Part shown: piece by piece, positions 37,360 to 46,396 of the stretch
How positions within the stretch are numbered: position 1 is the first letter of the stretch
How the letters are laid out: every line of letters starts with the position of its first letter
Assembly (NCBI GenBank): GCA_044233485.1
Contig: JBIIJY010000001.1
Coordinates: 16,701 to 80,700, forward strand
Length of the DNA: 64,000 nt
Direction of reading: 5' to 3'
DNA from: Minisyncoccia bacterium
Lineage (GTDB): Bacteria; Patescibacteriota; Minisyncoccia; Phycocordibacterales; UBA6065
Made by a program: the position numbers and the translations under genes
The notes under the pieces: generated by a model
What the model was told of the DNA's origin: nothing
Database searches by the model: none
Seen by the model: only the letters and a program-made list of their open reading frames with translations

Positions 37360-37409
37360 CTCTTCGCGAGGGCTTGACTAATCTGTATATAGTAGTATAA
37401 TTATATATG

Positions 37410-37535
37410 AGAGGTGAGTCGGTTGTGTACCAGTCTCCGTGTGTCTGGAATACAATCTATTCACCCGCTGCCTCCGTGTGGAGAACAGTGTAAAAATCTC
37501 GACGGGTCGCCCACCTTGTGCGATCCGTTTTTTTT
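37410..37535 (+). ncRNA. Candidate small structured RNA
   Basis: TTGACT...TATAAT promoter (37375-37401), long hairpin, second hairpin, terminator with T-run. Confidence 0.4.
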
Positions 37536-37633
37536 ATATTTTAAACTCTATAACACCACCATCTTCTCCCAACAGAAAACCCACCTCTCAAGCATGGATT
37601 TTCCGTGTTTGAGATGGTGGGTGGACGAATGAC

Positions 37634-37852
37634 TTACGCCGACACTCTTTCATGAGCGCGTTGAGATTCTTCCTGTTCATCGGAAAGAAAATCTTCGCAC
37701 TCTTTTTCGGTGCCGACAAAGACATCCATATCGAGGCCATACATACACACAACGACGTGTGAAGATGCGGGGCCATCGGTGTTAGGGTTTTGCCTGACTT
37801 CGAGATCTGAAATGCTCCAGACTTGAGTTGCTACTACTCCAGTTTTTGTCAT
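37634..37852 (-). CDS. Hypothetical small protein (stand-alone unit)
   Basis: TTGACA...TATAAT promoter at about 37901-37929, AAGGAG SD. Confidence 0.65.
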   Translation of the reverse strand: MTKTGVVATQVWSISDLEVRQNPNTDGPASSHVVVCMYGLDMDVFVGTEKECEDFLSDEQEESQRAHERVSA

Positions 37853-37934
37853 AACAAAGGACTCCTTAATGTTTGGGTCGATTTATACTGTTCAACTACT
37901 ATTATATCAATATAATAGTACTATGTCAAGTATC

Positions 37935-39035
37935 CTAGATCTTAAACTCCATCACATCTCCATCTTTCACAATATACTCTTTCCCTTCGGTACGGAGGAG
38001 GCCTTTTTCGCGAGCAGTGGCAAATGAGCCCGACTCGAGGAGCTTGTCCCACTCGATTACTTCAGCACGGACAAATTTCTCTTTGAAGTCTGTATGGATC
38101 GCCGTTCCCGCTTCTGGCGCTGTCCATCCACGACCAATCGTCCACGCGCGAGTCTCTTTTTCTCCCGTCGTGAAGTACGTAATCAGGTCAAGAATCTCGT
38201 ACCCTTTACGGATCAGTGTGTTGATACCAGAGTCGCCTGTAAATCCGAGTGAACTGCGCATCTCGTCTCGCTCAGTTCCCTCAAAAGCTGAAAGTTCTTG
38301 CTCAATTCCCGCATCCACCACAACGTAATCTGCGCCGATTTCTTTGATAAATGTAATGAGTTTTGTGTAGCGCTCGTCACCAGTCTCGTCGAGATTCACT
38401 CCGCCGGTCTTTTTGTTGAGCACATAGAGGAATTTTTTTGCCGTAAGGAGGTGTAGTGACTTCAAGAATGGCTTCTCAAATTCATCTGGTGTGACCGTAC
38501 CCGCAAGTTTACCTGCCAAGAGCGCTGTCTCGAGTCGCTTCAAAAGCCCTTCTTCGATCACCGCTTCTTTTTTACCCGCCTTTACTTCACGACCAATATT
38601 TGAGAGTCGTTTTGAAACTGTCTGAAGGTCAGCGAGCACAAGCTCGAGATTGATGACCTCGATATCTTTAATCGGGTCTATTTTGCCATCCACATGAATG
38701 ATGTTGTCGTCCTCGAAAATACGGACGACCTCAGCGATCGCATCGGTCTCACGAATATTTGAGAGGAACTGGTTTCCAAGTCCCTCCCCCTCTGAGGCAC
38801 CTTTCACCAGCCCAGCAATGTCGACGAACTCTACCGCTGCGGGGACGACTTTTTGAGTTTTAGAAAACTCTGCAAGCTTGGTGAGGCGATCATCAGGAAC
38901 AGCGACCACTCCCACTGAAGGATCAATCGTAGCGAAGGGATAGTTGGCGACAAGCACACTCTTGCGGGTAAGCGCATTAAAGAGTGTCGATTTACCGACA
39001 TTAGGGAGACCGACGATTCCAATTTTTAGTGACAT
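37935..39035 (-). CDS. ychF: Ribosome-binding ATPase YchF
   Basis: [45 protein letters not shown]. Confidence 0.97.
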   Translation of the reverse strand: MSLKIGIVGLPNVGKSTLFNALTRKSVLVANYPFATIDPSVGVVAVPDDRLTKLAEFSKTQKVVPAAVEFVDIAGLVKGASEGEGLGNQFLSNIRETDAIAEVVRIFEDDNIIHVDGKIDPIKDIEVINLELVLADLQTVSKRLSNIGREVKAGKKEAVIEEGLLKRLETALLAGKLAGTVTPDEFEKPFLKSLHLLTAKKFLYVLNKKTGGVNLDETGDERYTKLITFIKEIGADYVVVDAGIEQELSAFEGTERDEMRSSLGFTGDSGINTLIRKGYEILDLITYFTTGEKETRAWTIGRGWTAPEAGTAIHTDFKEKFVRAEVIEWDKLLESGSFATAREKGLLRTEGKEYIVKDGDVMEFKI

Positions 39036-39104
39036 GACTAGACAACACTAGCAGAAAAATGTCGTTTTTGAAAGATAACTCCCGGCCATGGTACGCTACA
39101 GAGG

Positions 39105-39293
39105 ATGAGCTCTTCACTACGGTCATGGCTTTGTGCCGTGCAGATTCTGGGTATGCTCACACTTTGCGTTGTCTACTTCCTTCTCTTCATGGGCGGCACA
39201 GTCTTGTATACGCTTATTGCTTGGGGACGATTTAAGATTACCGGGGTTCAAAGCAAACCTCTCTTTCAGGTCTTGTTTCGCATGGTCTCCTGA
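39105..39293 (+). CDS. Hypothetical small membrane protein
   Basis: 62 aa hydrophobic ORF, GAGG SD, hairpin 39313-39344. Confidence 0.45.
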   Translation: MSSSLRSWLCAVQILGMLTLCVVYFLLFMGGTVLYTLIAWGRFKITGVQSKPLFQVLFRMVS

Positions 39294-39370
39294 CCCAACG
39301 ACGAGATACACCAAAGCGCTGCGACCCTCTAGTCGCAGCGCTTTTTCCATTACTACCCCTCACCCACACC

Positions 39371-39964
39371 CTAGCGCCCAGCCATTCCGAAACGACGAGC
39401 TTTTTCAATCCAACTCTTTTTGCGCGCCTCACCAGACCACTTCACACTACCAAACTTTGTCACTCGGCTTTTGACTCCAGAAAATCCCAGAATCGCATCA
39501 GCAAGAATCCGCGAGGTATCACCATACAAGAACCACAAGAAAAATGGATGAGTATCCGAGGTAATAAAAATCCGTGCCGAACGACCCTTCAGACGCGCAA
39601 TCCACGTAAACTTTCGCTTGAGGAAACTTCCCTCCTTGTGGAAATTGTAGGCAAAACCTGGAATCCAGAGACGATCAAAAAGACCTTTGACGAGTGCCGG
39701 CATTGATGACCACCAGGTAGGATATGAGATCACAATATGTTCTGCCCAATTAAAACTTTCTTTCAAAGCAACGAGGTCTGGCTCGAGAGCCTGTATCTCT
39801 CGGTAGGCCTTGCGCAAGATCGGGTCAAATGAGAGCTCACCGATATTGACTCGACGCACCTCATGGCCCGCTTCGCGCGCCCCTGCTTCATAGGCATCGA
39901 GCAGTGCGCCATTGAGCGAATCCTTGAGTGGATGCCCGAGGAGAATAAGTATTTTTTTTGACAT
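39371..39964 (-). CDS. Flavodoxin-like NAD(P)H dehydrogenase (quinone)
   Basis: LGHP...S, YPTWWSSMPA..KG.FDR...PGFAY. Confidence 0.9.
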   Translation of the reverse strand: MSKKILILLGHPLKDSLNGALLDAYEAGAREAGHEVRRVNIGELSFDPILRKAYREIQALEPDLVALKESFNWAEHIVISYPTWWSSMPALVKGLFDRLWIPGFAYNFHKEGSFLKRKFTWIARLKGRSARIFITSDTHPFFLWFLYGDTSRILADAILGFSGVKSRVTKFGSVKWSGEARKKSWIEKARRFGMAGR

Positions 39965-39969
39965 GAAGA

Positions 39970-40218
39970 TTATGAGCGTTTGAGGGCTTCGAGCTCACTT
40001 TTGTACTTGCGCATTACTTCCATCGAAACCGCCATCTGATTTTTGCCAGCTTTTACACCAGCTTCGATCTCTTTTGAGATTTTTGTAAAGAGTTCAGGAT
40101 TCTTCTCAATCATCTCGAGAAGCATCTCTTTCTGCTCGTCTGGAATATTCATTCCACTTTTCTTGAGCTGGTGGTCGATCATCTTTCGCATCAGTGCATT
40201 TTTGAGGTTTCCAAACAT
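39970..40218 (-). CDS. Hypothetical small helical protein
   Basis: 82 aa ORF co-oriented 5 bp upstream of next gene. Confidence 0.75.
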   Translation of the reverse strand: MFGNLKNALMRKMIDHQLKKSGMNIPDEQKEMLLEMIEKNPELFTKISKEIEAGVKAGKNQMAVSMEVMRKYKSELEALKRS

Positions 40219-40292
40219 GGTAGTTAACGATTATGAATATAGCACTAGTATACGAAGGGATAGGACTCAAAACAACTAGACAGGCAGTTCAC

Positions 40293-40499
40293 CTATCGGG
40301 CGAACCGTGAGGCCAACTTACCAAAGAAACCTGACGTAAATGGAGACTCTACTGAAATACTCTGGAGCTGTTTAAGTAAAAATCGGTGGCGCAGAGACTC
40401 TCGCTTGTATGACAAGCCTTTAAGTATTCGCAGGTCAATCTCACGGTTGAGTCTTTCGATTTCTTTGTTTAATTCGCGAGCGAGGGTGTGTTTACTCAT
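40293..40499 (-). CDS. Hypothetical small protein, probably LexA-regulated
   Basis: 68 aa ORF with palindrome upstream. Confidence 0.7.
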   Translation of the reverse strand: MSKHTLARELNKEIERLNREIDLRILKGLSYKRESLRHRFLLKQLQSISVESPFTSGFFGKLASRFAR

Positions 40500-40531
40500 G
40501 ATGATTGTGTGTTACTGGTATGGATACAGTG

Positions 40532-40553
40532 TAGGTGAACGTTCGTTCACGTA
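40532..40553. promoter_or_regulatory. Putative LexA (SOS) box
   Basis: TAGGTGAAC-GTTC-GTTCACGTA, matching palindrome upstream of lexA. Confidence 0.75.
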
Positions 40554-40634
40554 CAAGTATTCGCTGTGGATAAGTAATAAAAAACCGCCCGCGACATCGC
40601 GCGGGCGGCACATTGCAAATTCCGATGACACCAC

Positions 40635-41093
40635 CTACTGATACCGTGACACTAAATTACCACGGACAAATCCCTCCACATCTACCATTGCATCCACACT
40701 CCTGGAATCGAACACCCTAACATTCACCGCTTCTTCTTCTCGGATGCCACAGTGCTGAATTTCTTCAGTAGTTCCAACGAAGGCGATAGAATCCTTTGGG
40801 TCAGCTTTTGAGCTAATGTCCCTCAGATTCCCCGAAGAGAAGAGCACATAGACACCCCACTTCGAGCGGAGCTTGTGGGCGAGTTTAACCCACGCATCCC
40901 TGTCTTGAACTTGGTTACTGACATGGAGTCGCAACCTTGGCATACTCAAGACTGCATGAGCGACTCTATCAGCAAGATCAGGTATCACGTGCCACATACG
41001 AGGGCCCATATGAGCACAGGTCAAAGCGTGTATTCGTTCAAACTTAGAAACGAAGGCTGACTTGATAATTGCGATTGGACTAGAAGCATCCAC
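40635..41093 (-). CDS. Hypothetical protein (stand-alone unit)
   Basis: TTGACT...TATAAT at about 41190-41218; hairpin 40585-40608. Confidence 0.55.
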   Translation of the reverse strand: MDASSPIAIIKSAFVSKFERIHALTCAHMGPRMWHVIPDLADRVAHAVLSMPRLRLHVSNQVQDRDAWVKLAHKLRSKWGVYVLFSSGNLRDISSKADPKDSIAFVGTTEEIQHCGIREEEAVNVRVFDSRSVDAMVDVEGFVRGNLVSRYQ

Positions 41094-41220
41094 GGGTATT
41101 TTGGTCTTTCACATGCCGGATCAGACTCCACTTCTACAGGCGCACACTCATGCACCCAGACGAAATGAATACAATCCAGCTTCATATATAATTATACACT
41201 ATTTACAAAAATAGTCAATA

Positions 41221-42405
41221 CTACCCCTTCTTTTGTACCGCTTGCTCATAGGTACCAAGAGGTACTTCTCGTTCCCATTTTTTGACCGAATCAATCACCT
41301 TCCAACTTGCCAAGATCTCGGCTTTTGAAACTGCAGATGAGAAGTCTCCCTTGGACGCGGCGTGGTACATCTGGGCATATTCAGAGACAGCGGGCTTTGG
41401 GGTTGCCAGTGGAATCGTGACAATCTCTCCGTCGCCAAAAGTAATGACGCATTCCGAGACCGCCTCAGCAAAACCCTTTCCTGATTCAAGAACAAATTCA
41501 GTTCCGGCAAAACGCTTGAGCGCACTATGGAGGTGTAATTTAAAATAGGTCTCAGTATCACTTCCCGTTCCGTCAAAGTTTGTACACTCGTAGCCCGCGT
41601 ACTGAGAACGCGTATAGGCTGTCTTAATAGTCTTTTGAGTCAGTGGAATGAGCGATTCGAGAAAAGCTTCTCGACGCTTTTTGATATCTCGGGGGGTTTT
41701 GATGAACTGTGCACCAAACTGTGCACCGAGCTCAAGCAAATGATTTTGCCCAACGTCCTTAAGTGCACCAGCCGGGTTGTAAAATGTACACCGATTCCCC
41801 ACCACTGAATTCTCAAGTAATTTCAGATGAACTCGCACTGGCGTGCGTGTGTCAGGAATATACTGGGCAAGCGTCTGAGCACCTGGCTTAAAGAGATAGT
41901 GATCGACAAGAAAGAGTTGCTTCTCATCAAGAAAGCGCTCAAGCTTTAGAAACAATCTCTTACTCGTAATGAGATCGTCGCCGAATGGCTTTTCAAATAA
42001 CAGACAACAGCTCTCCGCTACTGTCGCGAGACCAGAGCTGAGTTCACGCCGAAGACCCTCGATGATTTCATCATATGAGCTGACTGGTAGAGCAATATGA
42101 AACAGTACCCGCTTTAAAGCTTTCTGATTTAAAAGAATCGTCTTTGAAAGTTCACTGAAGGTGTCGGGCTTTTCGAGTGGACCACGAACAAAGCGCCATG
42201 CATCGAGGTAGGCCTTCTCAGCCGTAGCTCCGATAAGCTCTCGTATATATTCCCGAGCCTGCTCATCACTCCAGTCTCGTCGGTGCACGCCAACAAAAAC
42301 CGGACTCTCGAGGGTTTTGGCGACGAAGTTCTCGTGAAGAGCTTTGATGAGCTTTTTTTGAGCAAGGTCACCGGTGAAGCCAAATAAGACGATTGTTGTC
42401 GACAT
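41221..42405 (-). CDS. zwf: Glucose-6-phosphate 1-dehydrogenase (short form)
   Basis: FGFTGDLAQKKL, EKPFG.DL, DHYL.K, GALKDVGQNHLL, ETY. Confidence 0.88.
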   Translation of the reverse strand: MSTTIVLFGFTGDLAQKKLIKALHENFVAKTLESPVFVGVHRRDWSDEQAREYIRELIGATAEKAYLDAWRFVRGPLEKPDTFSELSKTILLNQKALKRVLFHIALPVSSYDEIIEGLRRELSSGLATVAESCCLLFEKPFGDDLITSKRLFLKLERFLDEKQLFLVDHYLFKPGAQTLAQYIPDTRTPVRVHLKLLENSVVGNRCTFYNPAGALKDVGQNHLLELGAQFGAQFIKTPRDIKKRREAFLESLIPLTQKTIKTAYTRSQYAGYECTNFDGTGSDTETYFKLHLHSALKRFAGTEFVLESGKGFAEAVSECVITFGDGEIVTIPLATPKPAVSEYAQMYHAASKGDFSSAVSKAEILASWKVIDSVKKWEREVPLGTYEQAVQKKG

Positions 42406-42485
42406 GGGAGTAGGACTGTCAGTATATGATAATTTTTCCGAATACAAAAAGCCGGCGCGACTGTAGGTCGCGCCGGTATAAAAAC

Positions 42486-43115
42486 TTACCTCACAAGTTG
42501 GAATTCGAGCAATTCTCCACGACTAGCCGCATGGAATAAATCACCTCGATGCACCAGAATGCCTACAGTATCCAGAAAACTAATCGTCCTGTTTATGAAG
42601 GCATCATGCCTTTCCAAAGCGTTTAAGCTTTCCCTCATTCCAGGAATTCTCCAATCGCCCGACTTTTTAAGAACTTCAATCTCCTGCTGGAGCCTCAAGC
42701 TTTCGTGAACCGCTATAGAGATACGGAGGACGACACTCCTTTCGTCTGGATCATCTCCAGCAATCTCACACATCTTTGACCAAGCTGAGTTAAACTCTTC
42801 AATCTTTGTTGAGGAGTTTTTTTCCTTATTGAAGAGCCAAAGAAGCAAGCATAGCCCACCGAACATGGTAACCACGATCGCAATCATCACGTTGCCAACA
42901 ACCATATAACGAACTTCACTACTGACTTCTGAAAAATACGAGTAGTGGACAACACTAGCAACAGAGAGTGAGAGTAACAAGTAGAATGCTTGATAGCACA
43001 TGCGGATCGCACGTTTCCACCGAGCAACTTCCCGCTCAATGGTCTCGAAGTTGATACCCGCAGACTTCGAGTAGACCGTTCGAAACCAATTTATGTTTGA
43101 TCTTGACCAATTCAC
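42486..43115 (-). CDS. Hypothetical 2-TM protein (stand-alone unit)
   Basis: TTGACA...TATACT promoter near 43228-43256, AGAGGA SD, hairpin 42452-42476. Confidence 0.7.
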   Translation of the reverse strand: MNWSRSNINWFRTVYSKSAGINFETIEREVARWKRAIRMCYQAFYLLLSLSVASVVHYSYFSEVSSEVRYMVVGNVMIAIVVTMFGGLCLLLWLFNKEKNSSTKIEEFNSAWSKMCEIAGDDPDERSVVLRISIAVHESLRLQQEIEVLKKSGDWRIPGMRESLNALERHDAFINRTISFLDTVGILVHRGDLFHAASRGELLEFQLVR

Positions 43116-43259
43116 GTTACTATCCTCTTTTTCAAATCAGGGGGTTTCAGCCCATTCTCAAAGACTTTCGGTCAAAGAGAATACTTCCTGCCATTTGAGA
43201 CATGTCGAGGTGCTCATATCTATGTATAGTATACTACACAAAAAGTAGTGTGTCAAACA

Positions 43260-44726
43260 CTACTTATGCTCACCTTTTGGGCGCATCAGAGGAAACAAGA
43301 CAATCTCACGTGCCGGACGGTCAGCGAGCATTGCAAAGAGTCGGTCACCATACGCAAAGCCAAATGTTGGCGGCATACCATGCTCGAGCATCTCGACGAA
43401 TTCCCATTCTGGCATCATCGCCTCACTGTCTCCTCCTTCGAGAAGTTTTTGCTGGGTCAAGAATCGTTCACGCTGATCAACTGGATCATTGAGCTCCGAG
43501 AAGCCATTGGTACACTCTGCTCCGGCGAGGATGAGCTGCACTCGCTCAGTCAGGAGTGGATTGTCTTGTTTTGCTTTTGAAAGTGGAGAGACGAGTTTTG
43601 GTACATCGACAAGCCAGACTGGGCCCGAGATTTGCTTTCGACAGTATTTCCAAAGCGTGTCGGTGAGGCGCTCACGATTCGTACCTTCGTATTTGACCCC
43701 AAGCTCAGTGAGCTTTGCCTCCATTGCCTCTGTGGTGGCCGTGAGCACGTCGATGCCAGTCTTTTCGAGTACAGTGTCGACATAGCCGATACGTGGCCAA
43801 GTACCTGCGAGTGAGAAGGTATGTCCACGAGTTGAAAAGTCGAGTGTGCCGAAAGTCTCCTGTGCCACAGTCTTGATCATTGCTTCAGTAAACGTAATAC
43901 CTTCGAGATAATCCATATAGGCACAGTAGAACTCGAGATTGGTGAACTCTTGTAGGTGCTCAGGACTTGAACCTTCATTTCGAAAGACTCGACCGATTTC
44001 AAATGTTCGAGGAAATCCTCCTGCCATCAGTCTCTTTTGCCATAGCTCTCCGACTGAAATACGCAAAAATACATCGAGATCATAGTCATTGTGATGAGTC
44101 TTGAACGGTGTCGCTTCCGCACCACCCGTTGTGAGCTCAAGCATCGGTGTCTCGACTTCGAGGAAACCAGCATCTTTCAAAATCCGTCGAGTTACTTCCC
44201 AGAACTTCGCTTTTTTGTAGAACAAATCTCGAACCTCAAAGTCAGTGAGCGTCTCGAGATATCGCTTTCGGTAGCGCTCTTCAACATCGACAAGGCCTGC
44301 CCATTTGTCTGGCAGTGGCGCGAGCGACTTCGTCGCCATTTGCCACTTCAAGGCCAGAATACTTGCCTGTCCTCGTTCAGTCGTAAAGGCTGTACCAGTC
44401 ACCGAGATGAAATCACCAATATCAACCGTCTCTCCAAAGAGGTTGAAATTTACCTCTTCCATCTGATCCTTCTTCAAGACTGCCTGAAATTTTTCGGTTC
44501 CGTCATACAAAACCACAAAAAGTATTGCTCCTTGGCCACGGATAGCGAGCACTCGACCAGCTACGGCAAATTGCTTTCCGCTTGTCGCGAGCTCAGCGTG
44601 AGTACGTGCGACTTGAGCGAGTGAAAAGTCACGGGGGACGCGGGCTGGATACGCCTCCATCCCTGCACGCTTGAGCACTTCAAGTTTATCGAGTCGGGCT
44701 TTTTTGAGTTCTTCGAGTGAGGCCAT
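43260..44726 (-). CDS. lysS: Lysine--tRNA ligase (class II)
   Basis: EVETP, GGAEA.PF.TH, FEIGRVFRNEG, NGFSELNDP, GMPP. Confidence 0.96.
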   Translation of the reverse strand: MASLEELKKARLDKLEVLKRAGMEAYPARVPRDFSLAQVARTHAELATSGKQFAVAGRVLAIRGQGAILFVVLYDGTEKFQAVLKKDQMEEVNFNLFGETVDIGDFISVTGTAFTTERGQASILALKWQMATKSLAPLPDKWAGLVDVEERYRKRYLETLTDFEVRDLFYKKAKFWEVTRRILKDAGFLEVETPMLELTTGGAEATPFKTHHNDYDLDVFLRISVGELWQKRLMAGGFPRTFEIGRVFRNEGSSPEHLQEFTNLEFYCAYMDYLEGITFTEAMIKTVAQETFGTLDFSTRGHTFSLAGTWPRIGYVDTVLEKTGIDVLTATTEAMEAKLTELGVKYEGTNRERLTDTLWKYCRKQISGPVWLVDVPKLVSPLSKAKQDNPLLTERVQLILAGAECTNGFSELNDPVDQRERFLTQQKLLEGGDSEAMMPEWEFVEMLEHGMPPTFGFAYGDRLFAMLADRPAREIVLFPLMRPKGEHK

Positions 44727-44827
44727 GGTGATATGTATTATGAGATATGTCTATTGTATATGTATGTGTAGTAAAACGAAAGCGAGGCACCGGAGGTGCC
44801 TCGCTTTCAAAAAATAGCGCGTGACAC

Positions 44828-45295
44828 CTATTCAATACTGACAAGCTTATATGAAGTCTTACCAGCTGGAGTTTTGACTTCCACTGAATCCCCCTTCTTT
44901 TTACCCATAAGCGCTGCACCGATCGGTGAGTGATTTGAAAGCTGACCCTTGGTCATATCCGCTTCATCTGATCCGACGATTTTAAATTTCCGAGTTGCAG
45001 ACTCGCCAACTTTTTGAATGACAATAGTTGAACCCATACCCACAGAGTCTGTGTGTCGGTCTTTGACGATCTGAGCGTTCTTGAGCATTGACTCAAGTTT
45101 TGCAATACGCTCTTCCACGACTGCCTGCTGTTCACGGGCTTCTTGATATTCAGCATTCTCAGATAAGTCTCCGAGTGATTTAGCATACTGGAGTTTTTCT
45201 GCAATCTTCTTACGCTCTTCATGCTTGAGTTTCTCAAGTTCAAGAGTCAATTCATTAAACTTTTCTTGGGTAAGGAAATGCGCTTCGTCTGCCAT
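44828..45295 (-). CDS. greA: Transcription elongation factor GreA
   Basis: GDLSENAEY..A, SPIG.AL.GK..GD.V. Confidence 0.97.
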   Translation of the reverse strand: MADEAHFLTQEKFNELTLELEKLKHEERKKIAEKLQYAKSLGDLSENAEYQEAREQQAVVEERIAKLESMLKNAQIVKDRHTDSVGMGSTIVIQKVGESATRKFKIVGSDEADMTKGQLSNHSPIGAALMGKKKGDSVEVKTPAGKTSYKLVSIE

Positions 45296-45323
45296 ATGTT
45301 TATATTAGTAGGTGTATTATACC

Positions 45324-46391
45324 TTATTTTTTCTTTTTACTCAATAGATTCGTGAGCGTCCGTCTGAGCGAATCTCGTAGCGTGAACTGCAGTCGTCGGA
45401 GAAGAAAGATAGCGTAGTGCGGGTACCGGAGGACAATATCACCCGCGTGAGTGTGATAGAGCGCATATCCGCCAAATTTTTTCTTGAAATAGGTCAATGA
45501 TTCGTACTTTGAGCCGGGAGTCTCGTCGATCGCTCCGAAATTATACGCCGTGAGCCCGCGCCGATGACTTTCCTCGATAGCATTCCAGTGTGCAGCATAG
45601 GGTGGGTTTGCCTTGCGCTCACTTGAGTCAGAGCCACCAAAGACAAAATGTGCAACAGTACCAAAGATAAAATACAAATGTATGGTGTGCAGCGCCCCGT
45701 TGATGCGAGCCACTGAAAGGAATCCATTTCCAGGCAGAGTCTTGAAGATCGACTGATAATATTCTCGCGGGTGCAGGAGGAATCCGTTTCGCGCACCGGT
45801 TTCCGACATCAGACGATAGAAATCCTCAAAATACACCTCAAACTGATCGGTGATGATTTCGCTTTCTACACCATGACGGAGCGCGTTGCGTATCCCATAG
45901 CGAGTCTTCTCGTGAAGTGACTTAAAAATTTCTTCAGTTGACTTTGAGAGTGGAAGTAGCCACTCCGTTCGTGGTTGAAAGGCCGCCGAGAGGTACGTGA
46001 AAGCAGGCGGCACCAGAGTACCTGCTACTTGTTCTTGTTTTGATTCACCCGTGAGGTACGTACTGTCGATACGCGTAAAAAAGAGTCCAAGCGACTGTGC
46101 GCGACCGCGGAGGAACTTCACCACCTCACTCATATCAAGCGAAGAATCAAAAATCACTGGACCATAAGGTATGTACCCGTAGTTCCACTTCATAAACGGA
46201 AATACGATCAGTGCGCACACCGCCATGAGCGCTCCCTGCTCATTTGTCACACGATACACCTCTACCCTGCGACCTTGAGCCACCTGCCATGACAAGTAAA
46301 TATTACTTTGTAGAAATGGGAAAAGAGGTCGATCTTTGTACTCAGAGAGAGTCTCCAGTGGAATCTGTGTGAACTGATAGATAGTGCTCAT
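45324..46391 (-). CDS. FemAB/FemX-like peptidoglycan bridge peptidyltransferase
   Basis: FLQS..., Y.PYGP, KTRY.IR.A, YNFG, FKKKFGG. Confidence 0.85.
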   Translation of the reverse strand: MSTIYQFTQIPLETLSEYKDRPLFPFLQSNIYLSWQVAQGRRVEVYRVTNEQGALMAVCALIVFPFMKWNYGYIPYGPVIFDSSLDMSEVVKFLRGRAQSLGLFFTRIDSTYLTGESKQEQVAGTLVPPAFTYLSAAFQPRTEWLLPLSKSTEEIFKSLHEKTRYGIRNALRHGVESEIITDQFEVYFEDFYRLMSETGARNGFLLHPREYYQSIFKTLPGNGFLSVARINGALHTIHLYFIFGTVAHFVFGGSDSSERKANPPYAAHWNAIEESHRRGLTAYNFGAIDETPGSKYESLTYFKKKFGGYALYHTHAGDIVLRYPHYAIFLLRRLQFTLRDSLRRTLTNLLSKKKK

Positions 46392-46396
46392 TGCTA

